64,000 nucleotides of DNA from Octopus vulgaris. Its lineage: Eukaryota. Below, piece after piece: positions 41,804 to 58,972 of this stretch. Under the pieces are notes generated by a model. It was given only the letters and a program-made list of their open reading frames with translations, searched no databases and had not been told where the DNA came from. Position 1 is the first letter of the stretch. Each line of letters starts with the position of its first letter. The stretch covers positions 150,660,001 through 150,724,000 of the forward strand of contig OX597815.1 in NCBI GenBank assembly GCA_951406725.2. The letters run 5' to 3'. Both the position numbers and the translations under genes were made by a program.

Positions 41804-43432
41804 TGTAATTGTGCAAAAGCTACCTTTATCAAAGGAAAAATGACAGAAACATCTAACGTTAACCTTGACCAGCAGAATGTCATAAAAGAATTAGACCCAG
41901 CGGAGAGCTACAAGTACCTAGGGGTAATTGAAGGGGACGGAATAAGGCATTCAGTGATGAAGGAAAGGATCAGAAGAGAATGTTATCGCAGAGTAAGAGC
42001 AATACTCAAGACAGAGCTGAATGCGAGAAACAGGATCGAAGCGATCAATGCTTTAGCCATACCAGTCGTAACTTACAGTTTCAATATCGTTAACTGGTCA
42101 ATTACTGAAATATGTAATCTTGACAGAAAAATACGAAAACTGTTGACAATGCATAGAATGCACCACCCTAAGGCAGATACAGAACGACTTTATCTGCCAA
42201 GAAAAGAGGGAGGCCGTGGACTTTTACAACTGGCAATAACAATGAAAATTGCTACAATTGGCCTAGACACCTACCTGAAAAACTCTGAGGATTGGATGTT
42301 AAAACTTGTCTCAAAACATGAAAACAAGAAAGCATCATACTCAGTAACAAAACAGGCAAAGGAATATCTAAGTGAATTCCGAATACAACAAATTTCGAAA
42401 TTAGACATACAAGAAACAAGCACAGAAAAAGCTAAGCGCATGAAAACCCGTGCTAAAACTGCGGCCTTAGATATTCTGAATGATAAATGGCAAGAAAAAC
42501 CTCAAATACCCAAAAGAGAGTGAATAATGCAGATGTTGACAAAGCCCTGACCCATCAATGGCTAATGGCCTCTGGCTTAAAATCTGAAACAGAAGGGTTC
42601 ATCATAGCAGCTCAAGATCAATGCCTACCAACAAGAAACTACCAGGCCAACATATTAAAGAACGGCAGTAGCCCAACATGTCGTGTATGTCAACAACAAA
42701 ATGAAACCATTGATCATGTTGTCTCCAAGTGCAGTCTTCTAGCGCCTACAGAGTATCGCAACAGGCATGATAGAGCTGCACAATATATTCACTGGGTAAT
42801 TTGCGAAAACCTGGATTTGCCCCATGAAAAAAACTGGTGGGAACACAAACCACCTCCAGTGCTTGAAAATGATCGCATCTCACTCTTCTGACTCACCATT
42901 CAAACTGACAGAAAGATTGATGCAAATAGGCCAGACATCATATTGAAAGAATTCAGACAAAGAACATGCCTCCTCATTGATATGATTGTCCCAATCGATA
43001 TAAATGTATCTGTCAAGACCTACCAAAAACTGAGCAAATACAAAGATCTTGAAATAGAAATCAGCAAAATGTGGAACCTGAAAACTAAAACAATACCTGT
43101 TGTCAAAGGTGCCCTTGGAATGATAGCAAAAGGGGATGATTGCTACCTAACTCAGATACCAGGAAAGCCAAAAATGGCAGAAATTGAAAAGATAGTACTC
43201 ATGGGAACTGCTCATATCCTACGCAAAATACTTCCAATGTAATCTCAGAGTTTAAAACAAACATGATTTTCGTATGGTTTTTTTAGACATTTACTAGTAC
43301 AACACCAAAAAAGCCAAATATATGGCACACTAAGCATAACAACAACATGAACTTCCAACCTGTTGTCTCTTGAGGTCTCTGGGTGAGACTTGGAGCCAAC
43401 TTGTGCAAATATGAAGCAAAAGTCAAACATAG
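41803..43432 (+). mobile_element. R4/Dong-like LINE subfamily B: RT C-terminus, zinc knuckle and REL endonuclease, frameshifted
   Basis: YKYLG, RLYLPRKEGGRGL, CRVC..ETIDHVVSKC, RHD, RPDI, LLIDM and KLSKYKDLE motifs (ORF pieces 41800-42523, 42487-42891, 42943-43242). Confidence 0.93.
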
Positions 43433-43465
43433 AATAATAATAATAATAATAATAATAACAATAAC

Positions 43466-46347
<2,882 letters not shown>

Positions 46348-47536
46348 TGTTGGAAAATTGGGAGAGTGGCTTCATGACTTTCTGAAAGATAGAAGTCAGG
46401 TGGTAGTAGCCACTTCCACTAACACGCAAATAGTGAGCGGTGTTCCGCAGGGGACTGTTTTGGGACCACTACTGTTCATAATGGCCCTCTCAGACATGCC
46501 CTCAGCCACGCAGAGAGCCACGATCACAAGTTATGCAGATGATACAAAAGTTTCACAGGCAATACAGAACTCTGAAGACACTAAGCACCTGCAATGTGAG
46601 CTGGACAAAATATACAAGTGGGCTGAAAAGAACAGCATGCAGTTCAATGCTGAAAAGTTTCAAGCTTTATGCTATCAGCACGCAAAACTAAATGCAATAC
46701 CCAATAAATACACTGGACCTGGAGGGACTGCAATCCCAGAGGCACAATCAGTGCGAGACCTGGGTATTTACATGAGTGATGATGCAACCTTTCATGTGCA
46801 TGTTGCTAAATTGGCAATGAAATGAAGGCGGCTGACCGGATGGATTCTTAGAACCTTCAGAACAAGAGACCAGGAAACCATGATGGTCCTCTGTAGGACA
46901 CTTGTCCTAAGCCACTTTGACTATTGCTCTCAGCTATGGTCACCATCCAGTGTCAAGTTAATCACAGAACTTGAGGCGATCCAACGAAGCTACACGAAGA
47001 AGATAGCCTCTGTGCAGCATATAAGCTATTGGGAAAGACTCAAGAGATTGAGACTCTATTCCTTAGAGCGTAGGCGAGAAAGATATGCCATAATATACAT
47101 CTGGAAGATCCTAGAAGGACTTGTCCCAAACTTTGGCATCGAGAGTTACACAAATGCCAGAACTGGGCGCCACTGCATAGTGCCAAGGACTCCAAATTTG
47201 CCATCAAGATGTAGGACAAGATGCTGTGATAGCCTGGGCTTCCGAGGCCCACAGTTCTTCAATATCCCCCCGAAGAACCTAAGAGACCTGCATGGGGTGG
47301 ATGCAGATATCTTTCAAATGAAACTGGATCTCTTCTTGTCAGGTATCCCAGATGAACCAACTTCACGGCAGGAGGTGCAGATGAGGGCAGCTGCATCGAA
47401 CTCTCTCATGCACCAAATGGCAATTGCTAAAAAGCATTCGTGAAGTAAAATCATGTAGCAACACCAAATGGCGGTGCCCCAGCATGGCCACAGCTAGTGA
47501 GCTGAAACTAGATAAATAAATAAATAAATAAGTAAA

Positions 47537-47550
<14 letters not shown>
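46348..47550 (+). mobile_element. CR1-like LINE, same family as 14728-16523, 5'-truncated, with an in-frame TGA at 46823-46825
   Basis: [17 protein letters not shown] and LYSLERRRER motifs. ORFs 46358..46825 and 46880..47443 are in frame. It ends in an (AAAT)n tail. Confidence 0.95.
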
Positions 47551-47623
<73 letters not shown>

Positions 47624-47626
<3 letters not shown>

Positions 47627-48172
47627 GCCCTGATGCAGTACTAGACATTGGCTCTCATGGCTGCTGATCTTAACTGATTGGAAGTGTTATCACGTACATT
47701 TGTCTTGGTATAAAAGATAGGCTACAGCAAATATTTTGCTAAATACCACAGATTTACTTCTCAGACCTTAAACAGTGGTGCATGTCCCTTAGTGACTGAC
47801 GACATGGGCATCTCTGATCATGAGCAGAAGTAGTGGGGAAGCATCATAGCCATGTGTTGAGAGGAATTATTTGGGGTTTGAATAAACCACCTCTGGAAAC
47901 ATGGGTGGTTCGTTCAACATCCTTAAACAACCCTTACTCAGCGACCTTTTGAGAGGGATGGGTTACTCAGCCTGAAGAAAATTCTAACTGGGCCCTACCC
48001 GCATGGTCATGCTCTGTTAACCTTGATATGAGATCACCATGTCACGCACATATGGTTGTGATGCATGTGCCTGGTGTACCCTTATCAGACGGGTAGTCAT
48101 GATGGATATACTGGGCTTCGTATATTTTACCCCAGCGTCACGTTGACGGCATGCACTGCTCTCTCACTCAAT
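47624..48172. mobile_element. ~550-bp non-coding insert precisely embedded in (AAT)n
   Basis: Sharp boundaries with AAT arrays on both sides, higher GC content and several hairpins. There is no ORF. Confidence 0.55.
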
Positions 48173-48178
48173 AGTAAT

Positions 48179-48262
<84 letters not shown>

Positions 48263-48265
48263 TAA

Positions 48266-49116
48266 TCCTTTCTACTAAAGGCACAAGGCTTGAACGTTGG
48301 GAGGAGGGGACTAAACGATTACATCGACCGCAGTGTTTCACTATTACTTAATTTAACCACCCCGAAAAAATGAAAGGCAAAGTCGACCTCGGCGGAATTT
48401 GAACTAAGACTGTAAGGACGGTCGAAATACCGATAAGCATTTTGCCCGGCGTGTTAACGATTCTTATTTCTTTATTACCCACAAGGGGCTAAACATAGAG
48501 GGGACAAACAAGGAAAGACAAAGGTATTAAGTCGATTACATCGACCCTAGTGCGTAACCGGTACTTAATTTATCGACCCCGAAAGGAAGAAAGGCAAAGT
48601 TGACCTCGGCGGAATTTGAACTCAGAACGTAACGGCAGACGAAATACGGCTACGCATTTCGCCCGGCGTGCTAACGTTTCTGCCAGCTCACCGCCTTAAT
48701 GATGATAATAATAATGGTTACAAATTTTGCCACAACAGCAGCATTTTTGTGGTATGGGATAAGTCGATTAGATCGATCCCACAACGCAACTGGTACTTTT
48801 TTATCGACCCCGAAAGGATGAAAGGCAAAGTCGACCTCGGGGGAATTTGAACTGAGAACGGAGCGACGGGCGAAATACCTATTTCTATTTCTTTACTAAC
48901 CACAAGGGGCTAAACACAGAGGAGACAAACAAGGACAGATAGACGGATTAAGTCGATTATATCGATCCCAGTGCGTAAGTGGTACTTAATTTATTGGCCC
49001 CGAAAGGATGAAAGGCAAAGTCGACCTCGGCGGAATTTGAACTCACAACGTAACGACAGACGAAATACGGCTACGCATTTCGCCCGGCGTGCTAACGTTT
49101 CTGCCAGCTCGCCGCT
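48266..49116 (-). mobile_element. Cluster of four SINE family C copies (48266-48462, 48464-48696, 48718-48879, 48880-49116)
   Basis: tRNA-like head GGCGGCGAGCTGGCAGAAACGTTAGC..GAGTTCAAATTCC and a central GCCTTTCATCCTTTCGGGGTCGATAAA motif that resembles the MetaSINE central domain as I recall it. Confidence 0.9.
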
Positions 49117-50054
49117 TTAACAACAACAACAACAACAAAAACGGCAGCTCTATGTTTTATCTTTACGCGGGTGTAAATTTTGAAAATTAAATAATACTTA
49201 TAATTCTCTTTTTCAAATAAAGCGGAAACTAAACCGAGCTCAGCAATTAAATTTGTAATTATGTATCCAAAGTAATTATAGAATAAGTATGTATCGAAAT
49301 AATAAGATTTCGTGTTGATCAGGAATACTCGGAAATTTAATTTAGCGAAATCTTCTCCATTATAATTTCCATAAAATTTTTACTAAATCCATCCATTACA
49401 TCGCTTGTTTGTACTTCTTCCTATAAAAATTGCTGGATGATAAAGCTTTCTCGAATCGCTTGTGTATTTATTTTACTTGATCGTTTATTTTTATTTATTT
49501 CATTATATTTGATTTGGTTTTACTTTTATTGTTTTTGTCCTTCGTTTTGAAAGTTATTAAGTCTAATCTCATGAAAAACAGAATTAGAAACGCGGTCAAT
49601 TTTGAGTTTAAATAATTGAAAAACAAAACGGAAGAAATAGAAAGCCATTTCCTGTAATATCCTCTTATCTATTTAGAAGTCAATTAATGAAACATTATTA
49701 ACTCAATCGTAGAAGCAGTAATTTCACCGAAGGCTGATCAAAGAAGCGAGACAATTTACAAGTTCACTTATTCAAAAGTTTAGCTTCCTTCATAAGACGC
49801 TGTCTTTACAGCTGAAGGGTATTTCCCAAATAGAAAATCTCAGCAACATAAACAAGAATTTTTCAACTTTGCATTTCATTGTCTCTGTCTGTGTAAGCTT
49901 GTATTTCTCAGAAGGCATATACGTGTGTCTCTGTAGAGGGAAGGATTTATACAGGGATACAGGGACAGAGATGTGTGTGTGTATGCTTGACTTTACATAT
50001 ATACACATAGACACATACATATATATATATATATATACATACATACATAGTTAC

Positions 50055-50107
<53 letters not shown>

Positions 50108-50680
50108 GTATGTATGTATATATGCATGTATGTATGTATGTATATCATTATTCAGTTTATTTCAAGATTTCTTGCCAATAGAGAAAGAACCAGTTTCTAA
50201 CCTAGTTCCAAGGTTCCATCATTGGAATTTCAACATCAACAACAGGGTATGTATGTATGTATGTATGTATGTATGTATGTATGTATGTATGTATGTATGT
50301 ATGTATGTATGTATGTATATATGTACGTACGTATGACGCTTTCGGTAATGATCCGAAGAGGAAAGACACATTCAATACATACATGAACAGCGCTACAGTT
50401 TATTTAAGTTGGTCCATTGACTTGTTACAAGGGTGTTTCTATGGCGTACAGCCGTTTTTTCAGATAAGTATATAACCACACATACATATAAACAAAGACA
50501 CAAACACTTGCAGAGAGAGGGGGCGAGAGAGAGAGATCTGTATATCAAACATAATACAAATTTATCACTTTAAATACGCTATTCGTCCTCCAGAGATAAT
50601 AACTCTTATGGATGTACTGTGTTAAAAAACACAAAATATATCAGGAGACGAAAATCGTCCAACATCTTATGCGAATGTAC

Positions 50681-50726
<46 letters not shown>

Positions 50727-51246
50727 CTTTTTAATAGAAGCAATATATGGAAACAAATTAAACTGAAAGATTACTCTGTGCTTTTAAGTTGAGTAAAAAG
50801 AAACGGTGACAGGGACTTCGAAGTTTCTACATCCTCCCCTCCACCTGACATCGTTCGAATCAGGACAATGCTGTATACTTTTTACACAGAAATGAGTTGT
50901 TATTTCTATTGTTGTTTTGCCCCAGGTCAACCCTGATCCAGCCTAGTAGATCTTTATATAAAAGCATACCACCCGTGACCTTCCTGTATTTATTTATTCA
51001 ACGTGTGCAACACTTAATGTAGACACGTTTTATTCTCTGCGTCTATTTTCTCTCCTCATTCCTTTCTGTAGAATATCGAAGACTCAAAACGATAAAGATT
51101 CTTCCATTCTTTTCTAAGCGTCAAGCTAATACACCTTGTCTGTTATTCCCTGCCGGTCTCTGTCTTTTGTGCAATCTTCTACCATACGTGTAACCATTGG
51201 CGATTTTCCCCCATCTTCCTTTTCTTTTGGACTTTCCATCGGCTCC

Positions 51247-51283
51247 TGTTTCTGAAGAAGAGCTTTGCTCGAAACGTAAAACA
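51247..51283 (+). ncRNA. Minimal type I hammerhead ribozyme, core intact
   Basis: TGTTT-CTGAAGA-A-GAGC-ttt-GCTC-GAAA-CG-TA-AAACA. Stem I is 5 bp, stem II is 4 bp and stem III is the palindrome ACGT. Confidence 0.8.
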
Positions 51284-51395
51284 CCCTTTCTTCCTTCCCT
51301 GAGTGTATAATTAATAGATTGCATGTACCACGTCTTCGCCTTGTTGGTTTGTCTCTTGTCTTTTTCTCCGTTTTTTGATATTGACTATATATATA

Positions 51396-51761
51396 GGGGG
51401 CGATGCGCAATGGTCCAGTGGTTAGGGCAGTGGACGCGCTTTCGATTCCCAGACAGGGTGTTGTGAGGGTTTATTGAGCGAAAACCCCTAAAGCTCCACG
51501 AGGCTCCGCCAGGGGGGGGAGCAATCCTCCAGTACTCTTTCACCGCAACCTTCTCTCCCTCTTTCTTCTTGTTTCTGTTGTACCTATATTTCAAAGGGCC
51601 AGCCTTGTCACACACAGTGTCACGCTGAATCTCCCCGACAACTACGTTAAGGGTACACGTGTCTGTGGAGTGCTCAGCTACTTGCACGTTAATTTCCCGA
51701 GTTGGCTGTTCCGTTGATCGGATCAACTGGAACCCTCGTCGTCATAACCTACGGAGTGCCA
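51396..51761 (+). mobile_element. SINE family A
   Basis: Homologous to 2399-2782. Confidence 0.88.
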
Positions 51762-51763
51762 CG

Positions 51764-51807
<44 letters not shown>

Positions 51808-51906
51808 ATATGTATATATGTATGTATGTATGTGTGTGTGTATGTATGTATGTATGCATGCATGCATGTATGTATGTATGTATGTATGTATGTATGTATG
51901 TATATA

Positions 51907-52075
51907 CAGGAGTGGCTTTATGGTAAGTAGTTTGCTTACCAGCCACGTGGTTCCGAGTTCAGTCCCACTGCCTGACACCTTGGACAAGTGACTTCTACTA
52001 TAGCCTCGGGCCAACCAAAGCCTTGTGAGTTGATTTGGTAGACGGAAGCAGAAAGAAGCTCGCTGTAGATATGTA

Positions 52076-52120
<45 letters not shown>

Positions 52121-52330
52121 TTTTGTGTGTCTGTGTTTGTCCCCCCAATATCGCTTGACAACCGATGCTGGTGTGTTTACGTCTCGTCACTTAGCGGTTC
52201 AGCAAGAGAGACCGATAGGATAAGTACATATTCGTCTTACAACGAATATGTCATGGGGTCAATTTCTTCGACTAATGGCGGTGCTCCAGCACGGCCGCAG
52301 TCAAATGACTGAAACAAATAAAAGAAAAAA
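51907..52330 (+). mobile_element. SINE family B
   Basis: Homologous to 25207-25608. Confidence 0.9.
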
Positions 52331-53456
52331 AGAAAGAAAAATATATGGCCATACAGTGATACGTAACATCATTGTGGAAAGTTTTAATTTTTATTTTTGG
52401 GTTCCATGTTTTCCGTTTTAATCCTGATCATAAATAATCTAGAATTCTACAGAATATCTTTTGTATGGAACTCACCATCTTCAAATCAAGAATATATACT
52501 TTGTAAATGAGAGAGAAAGAAAACTGAAGAACGAGGAAGGATAAGAGCAAAAAAATATATAATAAAAAACACGATACGATTTTCTAATGTCACAAATGGT
52601 TTTAGTGGAACTGAAATTAAATCGATTTTCTGGAGAGAGAGAAAAAAATGGAAAGATTCTATTAATACCAAAAAAAAGGAGATAAAAAAACATTGGGAAG
52701 AAAGAAAAAAATTACTTTTAGCATTGGTTCACAGAAATGTGGGTAACCTTAGCAATTTTTCAAGATTGGGAATAAATAGATCTTTGGGACACTTACTCAA
52801 TCATCTAGTCGATTCGGCAAATTAGCATCAAGCAAACTCCACTCTTGGTGATGGTGTCTGAAACAGAATTTGATTATCAAAGAGAAAGAGACAGAGACAA
52901 AGAGAGAGAAAAGAGAGAGGAAGAGAAAGAGAGAGAATACGAAACAATGGTTTAAACATTTATATTTGGTTTTTCTTTCGTCTGTCAGAAGGTGACAAGA
53001 GCTATTTCAGTTACCCATAATGGATAACAAAGAAAATATAAGTTGGCACACAGTCATTCGTTCTTTCCTCGTGATTCAATAAACATGACTACCACATGGG
53101 GCCGGGGAGGGTGGAATGCCTGGAATATTGATCGAGATGAGGATGGTAGTGAGGGTTACTCGTGCGACTGCAAATTGAAACTAATGCATGCAGAACTTTT
53201 TCTGTACAATTGTTTTTGTGTGCACTGCTTATCTTTGAGAGACATCCTGTTGTTGTTGTTATTTTAGACTTCATTGTTATTACTGTCGGTGTTGTCGCTG
53301 TTGTTGACATAATATATCAAGGAAAAGGTGACCCCCACCCCCACCCCGACTACAAATATATACACATACAAACACACAATATATATATGTAAATACATAC
53401 ATATACACATACACATTCATACATATATACACACACATTCATACCTACATTCATAC

Positions 53457-53489
<33 letters not shown>

Positions 53490-53771
53490 GCATTTAATAT
53501 ACACAGTATTTAAATTCTAGTTACTATTAGTTCCATGCTGTTATAACACTGTGATATAATAAGCTATGTTGTGTATTTGAGTTTGAAACGTTGCTGAGTA
53601 TTTAACGGCATGGTGTACTAGCTTCTCCGATCATCGTGTTTTCAGAAGCATGAAACTATTAGCAGCTTGAATTAAAATCTTATGTATAATGAAATGCATT
53701 TATCTCCCACTAGATGGATTACTTTTTACTTGATCCCACAAATTACAAAACAGTACACTGAATATAAATAA

Positions 53772-53829
<58 letters not shown>

Positions 53830-53832
<3 letters not shown>

Positions 53833-54390
53833 TTGTCCGGGATAATCTGGGCGTCTTTCAATATGGTAAAGTGGATAAAAATAATTGACCTTTCAATAAA
53901 TCTTATTCAATGAAATAATTTCCATTATTATCAAATTATTGATGACATTTGCCCATCTATCAAGCAAGTCAAATATTCCATCAGCATAAAATGTGACTGG
54001 TTTTAATGAAAAAAAGTTATCTAGATGCATTTTGACTCCATCTATACCGTTAAATGTTTTGTTTTTTTTTCTTGCAATAAGTTCTATAGAGACAAAAACA
54101 ATTGGTAGTTGGATGGCGCAATATCAAGAGAATATGGTGGATGGGGTAAGAGATCCCAGCCAAGATCATGTAACGTTGTTCGGGTAGCCAAAGATACATG
54201 TTATCGGACATTGTCTTGTTGGAACACTACCGCTTTTATGTCGGCGATCTATGGCCTCATTTCTTTGATTTTTGGTTCAAATTAACCAGCTGACGACAGT
54301 ACATATCAGATTTAATGGTTTGGTTTTGTGGGTAAATCTCATAATAATTAATGCCTTTATGATCCCACCAAACACAAAGCATAGCATTTT
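53830..54390 (-). mobile_element. Decayed mariner transposase, C-terminal part
   Basis: The minus strand reads VVFQQDNVR...LGWDLLPHPPYSLDIAPSNYQLF. Confidence 0.85.
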
Positions 54391-54665
54391 TTTTTTTTTT
54401 TTGGCATGGATACTCTTTTACTTGTTTCAATCATTTGACTGCGGCCATACTGGAGCACCGCCTTTAGTCGAGCAAATCGACCCCAGGTCTTATTCTTTGT
54501 AAGCCTAGTACTTATTCTATCAGTCTGTAAGCCTATTCGTCTTTGGTTGTTGTTTTGGGGAATCCTTACGCAAACTCCAGGATATTTTTCGCACTACGTT
54601 TTCGTACACAATCCATTTCAAAATCCATTTCAAAAAGTTCAAAATATCCATTTACACAATCCATT

Positions 54666-55261
54666 TCAAAAAGTTTTCATCGACCTCAACACAATCAAAA
54701 CGGACTGTGCAACTGAAACCCGAGTGTCGTTTTGGTCAGATGTAAGCAATTTTGGCACAAACTTGCCAGACACGCGTCTCATACCCAAATCTTCAGTGAA
54801 AATGGACTGAACTGAACGGTAACTAATCTGTACATCCTCTGATAACTCATGGATGGTGATTCCACGATTTCCCCTCACGGCTGCACGCACATCTGCGATG
54901 TTTATCTCACTTCTGCTGGTTGCGGGTCTCCTAGACTGTTCGTTAATATCGACATTTTTCGGCCATCCTGGAAACGTCTGAACCACTCATACACGTGTGT
55001 GTGGCTCATACACTCCTTTTCATACACTTTCTGCAACTTTACGTAGGCCTCTGAGCCGGTATCGCCATGACAACGATCTCTGTCATTGTCAATGCGATGA
55101 CCACACGCTACGCACCTTACATTCAAGCACTGCTGTAAATAGAGGAAGTGAGCTAGAACGTTAAAACTTAGTGCGCATGCATAGCAGAGTTCAATGTGCC
55201 AAGTGTGCATTTACTTCGTTATTATAGCAACAGTCCGGATATTTATTGATTAGGCCTCGTA
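54666..55261 (-). mobile_element. Mariner element 5' part (TIR-like end and transposase N-terminus)
   Basis: VYEWFRRFQDGR, RRPATSR and LGMRRVSGKFVPKLLT motifs. The terminus reads TA-CGAGGCCTAATCAATAAATATCCGGACT. Confidence 0.85.
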
Positions 55262-55666
55262 TGTCTGTATATATGCATGTATGTATAACTATATTTATAC
55301 ATCACCGTCACCATGACCGACCAGGCTATCAGATGTTGCTACACAACGCTGGTCACAATGCACTTCGCAATGTTTTAGCCTTCAAATGACGCCACCCCTT
55401 TGGCTAAGCGAGCAGGCCAATATTTATACATATAGATATAGAAATGTATACATATATATATATATATGTGTGTGTATGTGTTTATGTATATATTTATATA
55501 TATGTGTGTGTATGGATATATGTACATATGTATATGTGTATTCTTATGTGCTTATGTTTATGTATATACATTTATGCATATATACACATGTATATATATA
55601 TATACATATATATGTATACATGTGTATATATATATAAATATATATATATATGTATACATATGTGTG

Positions 55667-55725
<59 letters not shown>

Positions 55726-55848
55726 GTACATATGTATATGTGTATCCATATGTGCTTATATGTACATATATGCATCTATGTATATATACACATAGACATA
55801 TATGCATATATATGTATACTTATATGCATGAATACATACATACATATA

Positions 55849-55895
<47 letters not shown>

Positions 55896-56069
55896 GAAAT
55901 ATTAAAATTACTAAGTCTCTATAAAAGAGAACAACGGCAGCGTTCCCGGAAAATTAGTATGGCGATAACTAATATATATATATATAAATATATATATATA
56001 TTTGTGCGAATGGTATTTTTTATACGGCGCCGTTTTTACAATCCTGTAAATAATAATAATGGTATTTTT

Positions 56070-57265
56070 ATATAAGCTGATTTTAAAAGGGCAATATCTG
56101 TCGTTCATATTTAAGTAGTGAAAGCATGCATATCGTAGTTTAATATTAAATTTCACTCTCTTTAAATAGACAAACTGAAAGTGCATATTCAACGTGTGAT
56201 GTGGAAGTTTAAGAATAGAAAAAACACCAGAGAAACGGCTAAGAAAATATGCAACGTTTATGGCCAAGGTATCATACTGGAAGGCAAATGCGAAATTGAT
56301 TTTCAAATTTATAGTTCCAGAGACTTATCAGTGGGAGATCAACTCAGACCAGGACGCTCATCATACTTCGAATAAGATGCTTTAAGAGAATCAGTGGTAT
56401 TTAGTCCTTGTAAAAGTACTTGGGAATTAGTAACTTATCTCAACACATCCGAATTCATTATCTAAGGTCACTTGAAAACGATAGGAAAAGTCAGCAAGCT
56501 AAGTGCTTAGTTTCCCGTACTCTTAGTGATAAGAATAGGGATCATCGTATGTCCATAGTGACAAGTCTTCTTTCAAGGTAGAGAAATGATCTGTTTCTCA
56601 ATAATATTACTAGTGATGAAAAATGGGTCTTTTATGACAAAGTTCAACGCAAAAGGCAATGGGTTGACAAGGATAAGTCTCCACAACCTACCTCAAAAGC
56701 TAAATTCTACGGAAGTACGGTTATGTTATATGTGTGTGTGTGGTATTATTCTGCGGTATTATTCTTATTGAGTTTTTAAACCACAATCACGCATTAAATG
56801 CCGATTTATATTTTCAATGGTCTCAACGTGTGCATAAAAATCTTTAAGAAAATGTCCTGCACTCAATAGGAAAAACGTTATGCATTTCCATGATAATGCA
56901 AGACTACATTCAGCAAAAATTATGAAGGGTAAAATGATGGATTTAGGCTGATCTGTTCTACTCCATCCACCATATTCATCAGACGTTGCACCAACTGATT
57001 TACATTTATTTTTCGCTGTCTACAAAATGCTGTGATGGGGAAAAAGTTTCTCAAGAAGATCAGGTAAAAACGTAAGTGGAAATCTTCTTCATGTTGCAGT
57101 CATCTGAATTTCAATCGAGAGGAATCAAAAAGCTACCTGAGGAATGACAAGAGATCATTCAAAATAAGAGTAACTATACTAATGATTGAAAACAGTTCTT
57201 TCTAGACATTTCCATGTGTAAAGGTGTTAAACAAAATCAGAAATTATTTATAATTCAACCTAATA
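56070..57265 (+). mobile_element. Decayed near-full-length mariner (DD34D-type) element
   Basis: ETAKKICNVYG, RPGRS, ITSDEKWVFYD, FHDNARLHSA and LLHPPYSSDVAPTD motifs appear in order, with stops and frameshifts. Confidence 0.88.
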
Positions 57266-58492
57266 TATATGGATATTTATACGGATATATGTATCTGTGT
57301 ATGTGTGTTTGTGTTCTTGTATGTTTGTTTGTGTTCTTGTATGTGTATTTGAGTGTACGTGTCATTGTAATAACGACAGAAAACGATATGTTGATATTTT
57401 GAATTCTACATTGTCAGTTGCAATAATTATATATTCATAAATCTATTTCACCAAATAAAGTTATCGCCTATTTTATCTGATGAAATTATTTTATTAATAT
57501 CATATTATTGCCACAAACGTAAGGAGAGTGTTGAAATTTCATTACTGGGTTTTCGTTTACGATTTCAAAGTTATTTCGCTGCAGCGAAGCACTTTTATAT
57601 ATTTGCGGAGGCTTGGCAAGTATCACCGCTAGCGGGGACTCGCTACCCCCGGACTGATGACGGGCAAGACCCAGAAACATGCATGTGTTCAGGCTGCTAG
57701 TCCTAGCTGGTGGGGGGGGGGGTGCTTGCCTCCCCTTTGCAAATATAAGGACACAAGAAATGTGTCAAAGCCGACAGAAAGCGTCGATGCTTTCTAGGGC
57801 TATATAGCGGTGGTGTAATTCCCTTTACGGGACCGTCACGTTATGTTGACATTATGCAACCACTCTATCGCTCCACCACCGCTCATGTCTCTATGAGACA
57901 TTTAGAAGCGCTTTTGATTCCGCTTTTAATTCGTAATTTCATTGTCTTCCACATGTACTACGTCGCAGCACATCAGCAAATACACTTCGTTATATCTGAT
58001 TATGAAGTCTCACACTGACGATTCATTTCGTTTCGAGCTGACCCGAGTAAATGGTATTGATGAACCACAATAACGGCGAAATATCGGTATCTATCATTCT
58101 CGAATAATTCTAGGTGCGCTGTCCCGCCTGATCTGAGCCACTCGGTGATCTTCGTCACTCGATGTTGTGTAGGGTGTAATACCTGGACGCTATCCAGCAG
58201 CAATTGGGCTTTAAAACAAAACATATACACTGTGCGACCGATAATATTTATATGTGTGTGCGTGTGTGTATGTATGCGTGTGTGTATGTATGTGTGTATG
58301 CAGAGAGGGGTTGATAGAGTCGTATGAGTGTATGTAAGTAGATAGACAGACAGACAGACAGACAGACCGCCAGTCAGACAGACAGACAGACCGATAGTCA
58401 GATACCAACGTGATTAAAAATATGTGAAGCAAAGAGAAATCAACTGAACAAAGCTTTCACTAGATTGTACGAAATTTACAGCGCACGCCCAA

Positions 58493-58558
<66 letters not shown>

Positions 58559-58846
58559 ATGTATATATATATATATGTACATGCATACGCATCATATACA
58601 TATATTTACACAAATACATATAAACACACACGCACTCACACAAACACACTCACGTGCACACACACACACACACACAGGCGTGCACGAACACACACATATA
58701 CATGCATACATATATGTGTGTTTGTGTGTATACATATGTGTGTGTCTGTTTGCATATACGACTGGATTCAGTTTTCAGCTCACAAGGCCTTGATCACCTG
58801 GGGCTATAATTGAAGACTCTCAAGCTGACATATATATATATATATA

Positions 58847-58911
58847 CTAGCTGAAGGTGACCCGCTCTACGCGCGGGTAAGAGTGTGGTATATATATATA
58901 TAAATGTATAC

Positions 58912-58972
<61 letters not shown>

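Noticed and set aside
49812-49892. 81-nt plus-strand candidate exon (TTTACAG...GTAAGC; LKGISQIENLSNI...)
   Set aside because: The resemblance to an LRR is only superficial and there are no neighbouring exons or homology evidence.
54600-54680. Patchwork AATCCATTTCAAAA repeats
   Set aside because: This looks like filler at a mariner deletion junction, with no evidence of function.
58000-58230. 76-aa minus-strand ORF in non-repetitive sequence
   Set aside because: There are no recognisable motifs and the length is compatible with chance.
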